NCBI GenBank assembly: GCA_020184695.1
Contig: JAANOX010000254.1
Location: forward strand, 62,001-126,000
Length of the DNA: 64,000 nucleotides
Origin: Histomonas meleagridis 2922-C6/04-290x
Lineage: Eukaryota > Protista > Parabasalia
Reading direction: 5' to 3'
In this document: positions 12,201 to 20,731 of the stretch, piece after piece
How the letters are laid out: every line of letters begins with the position of its first letter
Numbering within the stretch: the stretch's first letter is position 1
Program-made: the position numbers and the translations under genes
Notes under the pieces: model-generated
Databases searched by the model: none
Told to the model about the DNA's origin: nothing
What the model saw: the letters and a program-made list of their open reading frames with translations, nothing else

Positions 12201-12961
12201 CAAGGAATCAAAAAGGTGAATTTTTATTCAATGTTTATCAAAATCAAAGAAGTTTTTATAAATTTGTTGCTATTTGTGGAGATTTTATTCTGATGTTTAA
12301 TGGTAGTCAAACCTATTGTAGATTTTCTTACAATGTCGATCCAAAAGGATTATATCTTTTGAAATATGGAAGTCCTGATGGCATTTCAGTTAAGGATTTT
12401 AACCAACAACCTGAATTATTTAATGGAATTAATAGCCAAGTTGTGAAAGGATTAAATAGTTCAATAGTTTATATGAAAAATTGGAATGAAAGTATTCAGA
12501 AAATAAAATTAACGCAAAATGGAACTTTGATTTTGAAGGTTCATATATATCGATTTGGTGATGTTGAAATATCAGCAAAATTTAACAATGTGGATATTCC
12601 TTTGGGTGTGAAAAGATTCGTGGAAAGTCGTGAAAGATTTTATAGAAGCATTGGTATATCAGTTACAAATTGGAAAAGAAATATAGGACATTTGACTTTT
12701 GATGGGAAATTTAAAACAAGTTTAAAATATTTCAACAAAAATGATTTGGTTATTGAAAAAATAGAAAATTTAGTTGATGTTCCAAAAGAGTGTATGTCAA
12801 AAAAAACAATAGTTTTTGAATATCAAAGACCAACTGCTGCTGGAATAATATCAATATTTATAACATTTTACCTGCTATTATTTGGCGTATTTTTAGGATT
12901 CCTTTGGTATAAAGGATTACTTTGTTGCAAAAGAATACCAACAACAAATTTTAATGAATAA
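9272..12961 (+). CDS. Large type I membrane/surface protein
   Basis: 1229 aa; short signal peptide MLILLLSICSS, beta-rich ectodomain, C-terminal TM (AGIISIFITFYLLLFGVFLGFLWY), short tail with LLCC. Confidence 0.8.
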   Translation: MLILLLSICSSKCNFNKLACLEAKAKNSGKFFEVNSSHPIMHAGNYLINGISFTLRHELRGKGIKGLNGYAYSKSSKLLAIVQDENLIDENVVFVDPKKKKFYKVDNFYTENNDVSYYNTSEINLLSVFSNIQFGISDQNNVNSACFEITNDHSGFCDTTAESGYDKTSDKYNTETGSLGVNVISKNGYKIDLKSSIGVSFSGTNYINVNYDYEANIRAGLSFAGSYANFKDKKEVFKEKINVYSSAIFVYSVMLSFNIKTEIAIGSKEITMNFPKLVQFYGELKVRTKANGVYTTYNGWKYSPLMHDFDPDLNLDMKSEFFDYKKIGKFRYKPSLTFSIIVNLGVDGKKSSFKFGSLYDLDFNYGINEKCTFPNLFGSIDCSVWNYINSKGFEFMGLPIIPTVTKYTEPFSVRFTSQENKCMFIGKASSESISSFISYNPHAFVVVPLTETFQKGADHFSSSGSIYINSNLKQIIKKDFYIQHPQVSNTFDWCVILNNLDSPPFVHFEAYITKKDSTGTFFAISEETNQINNNMKLISLSQIHCDHSLTILKGVSCEFSKEIILTSDSNIFIVAVSLKEEGNLMILKKTLDSSYSYAKIVGFYSEAKGFENNNDVELKYETPIQFKIIYLESKTDDIQSMDIEFLDTSTSKAVSLKTHKLFVEKNVKYTADVLPEFYIQYIPKLSIKVKCFFPQATHEKIEDIQISLNNENAPGFFEITGRDYDIKIQYLKYVQQIAIESDHVHKKDDKIILCHAFDVKPYTDNNKTSSTIIHMKKGEIYGILKLPEGCFSDSVAVIEIHGCQPLCKHAWINQNQVLIYYDQNLATDSMHFIPFRRYKDEAEEIKIRHLANFVTTTNALCDFDNIMSIQNKRNHPYVGCLIPFSSRNFVANEFSTNKNAQIISKKMRVDSSVLLFATQGDITIFKSTFLFPNTSDVLFIPTKRLEFYQKNKIPIKIICNHCGLIMEIGNSKPIVITRNQKGEFLFNVYQNQRSFYKFVAICGDFILMFNGSQTYCRFSYNVDPKGLYLLKYGSPDGISVKDFNQQPELFNGINSQVVKGLNSSIVYMKNWNESIQKIKLTQNGTLILKVHIYRFGDVEISAKFNNVDIPLGVKRFVESRERFYRSIGISVTNWKRNIGHLTFDGKFKTSLKYFNKNDLVIEKIENLVDVPKECMSKKTIVFEYQRPTAAGIISIFITFYLLLFGVFLGFLWYKGLLCCKRIPTTNFNE

Positions 12962-13000
12962 TAAAAAAATGGGTTTGGTTTTTTACCTACAAATAAAAAA

Positions 13001-13072
13001 TGCGTTGCCCGGGAATCGAACCCGGATCACAAGCTTGGAAGGCTAGCATGATAACCACTACACTAGCAACGC
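13001..13072 (-). tRNA. tRNA-Gly: tRNA-Gly (anticodon TCC)
   Basis: Minus strand GCGTTGC...GCAACGC-A acceptor stem, anticodon loop CTTCCAA, T-loop GGTTCGATTCC, followed by a T6 terminator. Confidence 0.95.
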
Positions 13073-13147
13073 TTTCGAAATCTTTTCTTAAAGAAAATAC
13101 CTATATATAATGTACACATCGAAAATGAATAAAAAATTCCTTCAAAA

Positions 13148-13837
13148 ATGAAACTTATTGTAGTTACAGGAGGTATTGCATGTGGGAAATCAACGACCAA
13201 CAAAATATTTTCAGAAGATTACCATATTCCAATAATTGATTCTGATGAAATTGTTCATGAATTGCAAAAACCAGGTAAACCATTTTATAATAAAATAGTT
13301 GAAAATTTTGGAAATGATATTTTAAATGAAGACAAAACGCTAGATAGGAAAAAGCTTGGTTCTATTGTGTTCAACGATCCTGCTAAGAGAAGAATTCTTA
13401 ATTCCATTACTCATTCCATTGTTTTTAGAGAACTTATATTTTCTGCTATCAAACACTGGTTATTGAGACACCCAATTGTTATTATTGATATACCTCTCTT
13501 TTTTGAAGCAAAAATTCCAAAATCATTTTTTGATGATGTCGTCAATGTTTATTCTTCACCCGAAATTCAACTACAACGACTTATGAAAAGAAACCAATTT
13601 ACCATTGAAGAAGCAACAAGTAGAATTAAATCACAAATTCCAGGAGAAAAGAAATGCGAAATGTCCACGATCGTAATCAACAATGATGGAACCGAAGAAG
13701 AACTTAGAGAACAAGTTAAAAAGATAGTTGACAAGTGGAAGGCATCTCCAAAACTTCTTACCAAGTATCCAGATCCACTTTTTGTTCTTTTTGTTATCTT
13801 GATGCTCATTTTGCTCCTCATCTTTTTAAAGAAATAA
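13148..13837 (+). CDS. coaE: Dephospho-CoA kinase with C-terminal TM anchor
   Basis: VTGGIACGKST P-loop, IDSDEIVH, LDRKKLGSIVF, DIPLFFE motifs; hydrophobic C-terminal tail. Confidence 0.93.
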   Translation: MKLIVVTGGIACGKSTTNKIFSEDYHIPIIDSDEIVHELQKPGKPFYNKIVENFGNDILNEDKTLDRKKLGSIVFNDPAKRRILNSITHSIVFRELIFSAIKHWLLRHPIVIIDIPLFFEAKIPKSFFDDVVNVYSSPEIQLQRLMKRNQFTIEEATSRIKSQIPGEKKCEMSTIVINNDGTEEELREQVKKIVDKWKASPKLLTKYPDPLFVLFVILMLILLLIFLKK

Positions 13838-14150
13838 ACATTTTTTAAACATTTTTCTAATATACGACACTGTAATATTTTCGGTTTGTTTTCGGAGAAA
13901 ATATAATTTAATGAAACAAAATGATTTATAAATACATTTTTAAGATTCAACGACTAATAGTTTTTGGAAAAAAATTAATATCAATATACAGATTTTCTAA
14001 AAAAATTTTATCAATAATTTATAAATGTATAAGCAAAAGATTATAAGTTCATTGAAATTAGAGAAGCAGAAACCAAAAAAAAAAAAAATCTGAAGCGGAT
14101 TGAAACCGTATTTTGGTATTCAAAATTAGACACTTTTTTTGGATAAAAAC

Positions 14151-17100
14151 ATGTTTATCAGACACCTCCAAAAAGTCCAAAGCATTATATGGGCAATAAA
14201 CAAAACCAATATTCTCGAATCAGTTGAGTCAATAAAAAAATTATATGGTTCGAATTTTCCAAATTCTTTTATGTTTACCATATGTCAAATTATATTTTCA
14301 TCATTTATTTCTCAAAGGAAAGATATTAACACATATATTCAATTTATGAAAACATTATCAACAGTGTTCACCAATAAATTATTTGATATTTTTGCGGATT
14401 TTCTTATTTCTATGAATTGTCAAGAATCAAATTATCTTTTAGGGAATTTAATTATAGAAAATCTTATCAATAAAAATACTGTGCGAAACATAAAATCTTT
14501 AACTTTTGCACCATATAAAATAAAAGATGAATTTAATGTATTAAAGATATCATATAAAAATATTTATAAAGGAATTTATAAAATATTTTCGGATAAATTT
14601 TTTGATGATATTAAAGAGCTATCAAAGAATGATTGGGAACTTCATAAGAAATTAATAAAAGAAGGAGTTAATCCAAACGAAGTTTCACGAATAATTCGAA
14701 ATGATGAAATCGAAAAACTTCAAGATATATCATCACAAACGAATTTTGATTATAATCAAACAATTGAACCATCACTTTATGAAAGGTATTCATTTATTAA
14801 TGAAGAAAATGTTTCATTAATTGATTATGCAGCATTTTTTGGTTCAATTAAATGTTTTAAATATTTGTTGTTGAATAATGCAAATATAGAAAACACAGGT
14901 AAATATGCAATTGCAGGTGGAAATCTTGAAATTGTTCATTTATGTGAACAAAATCAAATAACAATTGCAAACGCATCTGAAATAGCAATTGAATTCCATC
15001 GAAATGAAATTTTTTATTATTTTTTTGAGAAGAAAAATGTTAAAGATAAAGAATTAGTTGAATTAGGAAAGAAATGTGTATTATTTAATAACTATGAGAT
15101 TCTTTCTTTTTTACTAGGAAAAGGTTTAAAAACAAATGATTTAATAACTGAATCAGCAAAAAATGGTAATATATTTCTATTTTTATATAGCGCTGAGGGG
15201 AATCAACTTCCAAAAGATATTTTAATATTAGCCGCAAAATCGGGAAATGCTGAAATTGTTAAATATCTTATCGAACAAAAAGGAATTAATATTAATATTA
15301 AAAATGCATATTTTTTGTTTTTAAGATATATTTCTATTTTTTGATGCATTAAAAATTATTTTCATGTTTAATTTATTAATTTGAAACAGCTTTAATTGTT
15401 GCTTCTGATGAAGGTCATTTTGATGTTGTTAAATTATTACTTGAGCAAAAAAGAATTAATATAAGTGAAAAAAATGTTTTATTATTAAAAAGAAAATATA
15501 TTTTTAATATTTGCAATTTTGTTTATATATTTGGAATTGATTTAATTGATTTTTCTCAGCATTTTTGTTGGCAGCACGAAATGGCCATGTAGAAATTGTT
15601 AAGTTATTACTTGAGTATAAAAATATTAATATAAATTGTGCAAATGTTTAAAGTTTCTATTTAATATTATTTTTTATAATTTGGTGATCATTAATAAAAT
15701 TTGGAATATATTTATTCGATTTTGGACAGCACTAATGAATGCTTCATACAATGGTCATACTGATATTGTTAAAATACTTCTTGAGCAAAAAAGAATTAAT
15801 GTTAATACAAAAAATTTTTCTTTTAATGATATAATTTTTATTGAAATTTTTTAAAATTTTTTTATAAAAATTGGAATTTTTTCAAATGATTTTCTACAGC
15901 ATTAATATTAGCATCTCAAAACAAATGTATCGAAATAACAAAATTACTTCTTAGTTATAAAGGAATCGATATTAATTGTAAAGATTTTTATTTTGTTTGT
16001 GTAGTGATTATTTTTCCAATTTAAATTTTATAAATCTTTTTTGGAATTTATCAAAAACATTTCGCACAGCAATTTATTGCGCATCTGAGTCTGGTTGTAA
16101 AAGAATTGTAAAATTACTTCTTGAACAAGATGGAATTGATGTTAATGCCGCAGATATTTAATTGTTTTATTTAATATTAATCGTATTAATTTTATGTATT
16201 AAAATAATATTTGGAAATCATTTTTAATATTTTATTCGCCACTTATGATTGCAACTGATCATTGTGATATAGAAGTAGTAAAAATACTTCTTGAACATAA
16301 AGATATTGATGTTAATCATTATGATATTTGTTTGATTTGTCTGATATTTATATTAATTTTTTGAAATTTCTTTATAATTTTTGGGTGTTGTTAATATTGT
16401 TTCGAACAGCACTTTATATTGCAGCTGAAGTTATTTGTTCAGAAATCGTTAAATTACTTCTTGAACAAGAAGGAATTGATTTAAATGTTCAAGATGTTTA
16501 TATGTTTTATTTAAAATTTATTTTAATGATTTTATATTCCAAAATAATATTTGGAAATTATTTAAATTATTTAATACAGCACTTATGTTAGCATCTGAAT
16601 ATGACTATACAGAAATCGTTAAATTACTTCTTGAACAAAAAGGAATTGGTGTTAATGCTAAAGATATTTATTTATTTTATTGAAAATTTATTTTAATAAT
16701 TTGATATTCCAAAATAATATTTGGAAATTATTTAAATTATTTAATACAGCACTTATTTATGCATCTAAAAATGGTTATACAGAAATCGTTAAATTACTTC
16801 TTAAACAAGAAGGAATTGATTTAAATTTTCAAGATGTTTATACGTTTTATTTAAAATTTATTTTAATAATTTGATATTCCAAAATAATATTTGGAAATTA
16901 TTTAAATTATTTAAAACAGCACTTATGGAAGCATCTGCTAATGGTTATACAGAAATAGTTAAATTACTTCTTGAACATGAAGGAATTGATTTAAATTTTC
17001 AAGATATTTATTTGTTTTATTTAAAATTTATTTTAATAATTTGATATTCCAAAATAATATTTGGAAATTATTTAAATTATTTAATACAGCACTTATTTAT

Positions 17101-17509
17101 GCATCTAAAAATGGTTATACAGAAATCGTTAAATTACTTCTTGAACAAGAAGGAATTGACATTAATGCTAAAGGTATTGGTTTGTTTTATTTAAAATTTA
17201 TTTTAATAATTTCTTATTTCAAAATAATATTTCAAAATTATTTGAATTATTTAGAACAGCACTTATGTATGCATCTTCAAATGATCATACAGAAATAGCC
17301 AAATTACTTCTTGAACAAGAAGGAATTGATATTAATGCTAAAGATATTTATTTGTTTTGTTTTATATTTATTTTAATGATTTTATATTTCAAAATAATAT
17401 TTGGAAATTATTTAAATTATTTTGGACACCACTTATGTTTGCATCTGAAAAAGCATCTTGGAATGGTCATACAGAAATAGCTGATATGATTCGTGCTAAA
17501 AGAAGCTAA
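14151..17509 (+). CDS. DUF3447-type ankyrin repeat protein, 824 aa after removal of 52 spacers of 17 nt
   Basis: ATG 14151 to N codon ending 15305 (385 aa, includes LIDYAAFFGSIKCFKYLLLN). Then 13 linkers of 80 nt and 12 stop-free 30-codon ankyrin bodies; terminal unit ends at TAA 17507-17509. 3359 - 13x68 = 2475 nt, i.e. 825 codons including the stop. Confidence 0.85.
15306..17509 (+). repeat. Ankyrin tandem array B (13 units, exact 170-nt period)
   Basis: T/S codons of the TAL/SAF/SPL/TPL motif at 15386, 15556, 15726, 15896, 16066, 16236, 16406, 16576, 16746, 16916, 17086, 17256, 17426. Confidence 0.97.
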
Positions 17510-17772
17510 GGTTTGCATAGCAATTAAAATATCATTAATAAATCTAAAGAAAATTACGATTTTATATATATAACACATGCTGAATCAACTTTTCTATACA
17601 TTAATTTTTGGTTACACATTTCTTTTCTGTGAAAGGATCTTAATTGATTATTTTAAAATAATTTTTCAATAAAAAATTACAAATGTGATGGAATTTGTAA
17701 AACATATTCTCAAAATATTTTTCGAAATTGAAGTACTACACACAAAATAACATTTGGCAAATCAATTTTTTA

Positions 17773-18309
17773 TTAAAAGAACTTGACACCACATTCATCA
17801 AAATTTTCACCTTGAATGAATTTGGCTTTTTTCTTTTTATCAAGATGTTGGATAGCTTTCTTCATGATGTCTTGGTCCATCATGTGGAAGGGTTCATTGA
17901 TTGTGTCATCACCTTCGCGGAGTTCGTAAAATGTAAATACAGTATTCGTGTAATTATTTTTCTGGGCCCACTGGAGTAAAAGAGAGCCCCAATCTTCCGG
18001 CTTTCTCCATATTATCTTGATTTTTGTCTTCTCTGTGTTCATCCATTCAGCATTTTGTTGGCAAACTAATCTCTCTAAGAAGAAAATAGCATTTTCTTTA
18101 CTTAGCTTTCTGTTTATTGTTTTATTCGTAAACAAATCAGATGTAAGAGCTTTTTCTAAATCAAGTTCTGTTTGCTTATGAAATTGTGTATATTTTAATA
18201 TTAGAGAGCCCCAGATTTCACATTGCCTACGTTTAGTTTCCATTACTTCTTGTAAGGTCCAAAAAGGTGGGAAATTGTATATTGGAGGAAATTGAAACTG
18301 CTTTGACAT
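17773..18309 (-). CDS. VPS25: ESCRT-II subunit VPS25
   Basis: FQFPPIYNFPPFWTLQ N-terminus, IIWRKPEDWG, FTFYELREGDDT, GVKFF C-terminus. Confidence 0.95.
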   Translation of the reverse strand: MSKQFQFPPIYNFPPFWTLQEVMETKRRQCEIWGSLILKYTQFHKQTELDLEKALTSDLFTNKTINRKLSKENAIFFLERLVCQQNAEWMNTEKTKIKIIWRKPEDWGSLLLQWAQKNNYTNTVFTFYELREGDDTINEPFHMMDQDIMKKAIQHLDKKKKAKFIQGENFDECGVKFF

Positions 18310-18322
18310 TTATGGTATCTTT

Positions 18323-18330
18323 GTCACTTT
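18323..18330 (-). promoter_or_regulatory. AAAGTGAC motif upstream of VPS25
   Basis: 14 nt upstream of the VPS25 ATG; the same octamer lies at 53213-53220 (-), 59 nt upstream of ORF 53154. Matches a promoter motif I recall being reported for T. vaginalis. Confidence 0.45.
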
Positions 18331-19120
18331 TGTTCTGACGGTTATTTCAATTTCTTATTTAGATGAGTCAACATTATCATTTTAGTAGATTTTAATTATA
18401 TTTTATATTTATTATTAATATATGTTGGTTAAATTATTTTGAGTTTTATACTTCATTTTATATACATAATTTAGAAATATTTTGATTATATTATTTTTCG
18501 ATTTTTTCTGTTGTTATTTGGCTTTTAATTACACCAAAAGTGACTTTTATCACCTAATTAGGTGCGAAAATCTGAATAAAACTCAAAATCTAATATAATT
18601 ATTCTGAAGTTATTATCATATATCAATTTGAAAAAAATTAATTTTTTTATAATTCCTTTTGAGTAGGGGTTTCATTAAAAGAAGCTTATTTACCAAACGA
18701 TTTTTTTGAACATTCACAAGGTTGGCCAACGGTTTATCAGAGGATCAATTTTGCATTAACTATTGATTTCAAATAAGACACCATTACAAGCACAAAGAAA
18801 ATCATTTTCTTTATTTCATTTCTGATCATAAACTAATTTGATATTATTTAATTTGAATATTGGCATGCATTATTTTCATTTTTAATGGGCTAAAATTATC
18901 TAATAATATGATCAGGTTTCCCCTGATTCAAATTTCGTTTTACCGAAATTTGAAAATTTTACATAATATTAATTCAAAGTTTCATAACAATTCAAAATTT
19001 GAATTAGATAAGATTTTGGAGTTGGAATATGATAAATCGTTTTCAAAATCACTTAAATTAACCAATTATATGTGATATCTAGGAAAAAAGTATCTTGTAA
19101 AAGCAAAATGAAACAATAGT

Positions 19121-19384
19121 TTATTTATAAACGACCGAAATGAATGGCGTATATAATTTGAGAGTTGAATAATTTTCATCAAACCATCGCATCATCAAAA
19201 ATTTATTTCTTTTATAACAACGTGGCAACGGCAAACTCGACAATTTTGATAGAATTAATGCTAAAGAAACCAAACGATTTAATGTTACTTCATTACCAAA
19301 TATTTCATTAACTAATTTTCTTCCATTACTTCCATTCCATATAAAATCGTGTGTAATTGATTTTATGGAATTATGTTCACTCAT
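19121..19384 (-). CDS. Small hypothetical protein, paralogous to the C-terminal domain of 41998-42525
   Basis: Shares FG..(I/V)...L..(I/L)A.I.........R..KR.K..(L/M)..WFDEN(W/Y) with 41998-42525. Confidence 0.65.
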   Translation of the reverse strand: MSEHNSIKSITHDFIWNGSNGRKLVNEIFGNEVTLNRLVSLALILSKLSSLPLPRCYKRNKFLMMRWFDENYSTLKLYTPFISVVYK

Positions 19385-20731
19385 GTAAATGTGAAAAAAA
19401 GGCCCTTAAATGTAAATTTTTGCCCATTCCATCAAAATTCAATACCGATTGAAAAAAATAAAAAAATTGAATTCAACTTCGGTTTTTTAATTCATGCCCA
19501 CTTGATCTATTCGATTCTGATTTGATATAATTTTTTTTTATATCTCCAGTGGAAATATTGCAAACTATATCAATATCCCGAAAAAATTAAGCTGTTTCGG
19601 GAATGTCGTAAATGCTAGTCAATTTCTTGACAAAATCAAAATTTGGTAATTACATTTGTAACAATTCAATTAAAATTATCATTTTTAATGGTTTTTTCCA
19701 AAAACAAATAAAACTGATTCTAAAGAATATGTTTTTGATAATAATTTAAAAAAAAAAAAAAGTTTTATTAATAAACTGTACCAATTAACCACATCTAAAA
19801 CAGTATATACAAGCATTATTGAAAAATGTTTAAAATATTTTTATCTTCTGTTTAATTTTGTGATTCATTGTTGTGAGTATCGCTCACTCGTGGAGCGAAT
19901 CTTGATGGATTTGTAACCACAAAATTAATTCAAAAAGTTATTTTTTCTTCTTTGTCCAGATCCTCCAATAATGAATAAATTGTTTCGAAAATCCTGTATA
20001 ACTTAAAAACAGAATGAAAACCATTGAAAAATTATATAAACGAATATTGACCATAATTAGTTCTATATTGTAATCGTACTCAATCGTTGATTCTATTTCT
20101 AAGTTTTAATACATTATTACCAAAACAAAAACATTATAAATAGATTAAATATTACAAAATTAATCTCAAAACCTTATAATAAATATACATGTCATAATTT
20201 ATACCCATATTATTTATGTAAAGTTATCTCAATTGATTATATTTCTTTTGAGAATATAAAGACTAAATATATTCAATATTTCATCACAACAACTCAAAAC
20301 AAATTGGAAAAAATCAATATTTTAACTAAATTGAATTATTTTTTTTAAATATTCAATCTTCTATGTAAGTCAATTATTATCAAAATTGGATATCTTAAGA
20401 TGTATAGATTATATAAAGTATATTTTAAATAATTATTATTTTAAAAATTATCCCGTTATTGATATTAGTATTATTTTTTTATTGACTCTTATATATATTT
20501 GTACATTGATATATTTTTGTTCTATTTTATGATTTAAATTGTCTACAACTAAATTTTGTTTTTTCTAATTTTATGTTAAAATATGAAAAACCCTTAAAAT
20601 ATTAAAAGAACTGGATTTTAAATTGAATGTTATAAAAAATTGAGGCAGTACAAAATATATTTTATAGTCTGATTTTTACCAATTGATATGAATTATTAAT
20701 AATACTTGAAAACATACTATTAAGCCTTTTA

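Noticed and set aside
16536-17065. Hairpin TTCCAAA-ATAATA-TTTGGAA as the processing signal
   Set aside because: Present only in the recently duplicated units 8-11; absent from the divergent units, which keep the same spacing.
15306-17425. Single -1 frameshift per unit translating the whole linker
   Set aside because: It would insert about 27 hydrophobic residues into each hairpin, and many linkers contain stops in the relevant frames.
15386-17426. 170-nt period as nucleosome phasing
   Set aside because: Fully explained by 102 coding + 68 spacer nt; 150- and 157-nt units also occur in array A.
15306-17509. Ankyrin arrays as ordinary decayed pseudogenes or as single 68-nt GT-AG introns using the recurring ACAG
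   Set aside because: Exact 170-nt period and stop-free bodies argue against decay. ACAG is the Thr-Ala codons (it varies to TCG CCA and ACA CCA), there is no conserved GT donor, and a single excision would not supply the Gly.
15306-17509. CRISPR-like array
   Set aside because: The conserved part is protein-coding ankyrin sequence, the host is eukaryotic and there are no cas genes.
19870-19905. Small alternative hairpins GTGAG/CTCAC and CGCTC/GAGCG
   Set aside because: 5-bp stems with no other support.
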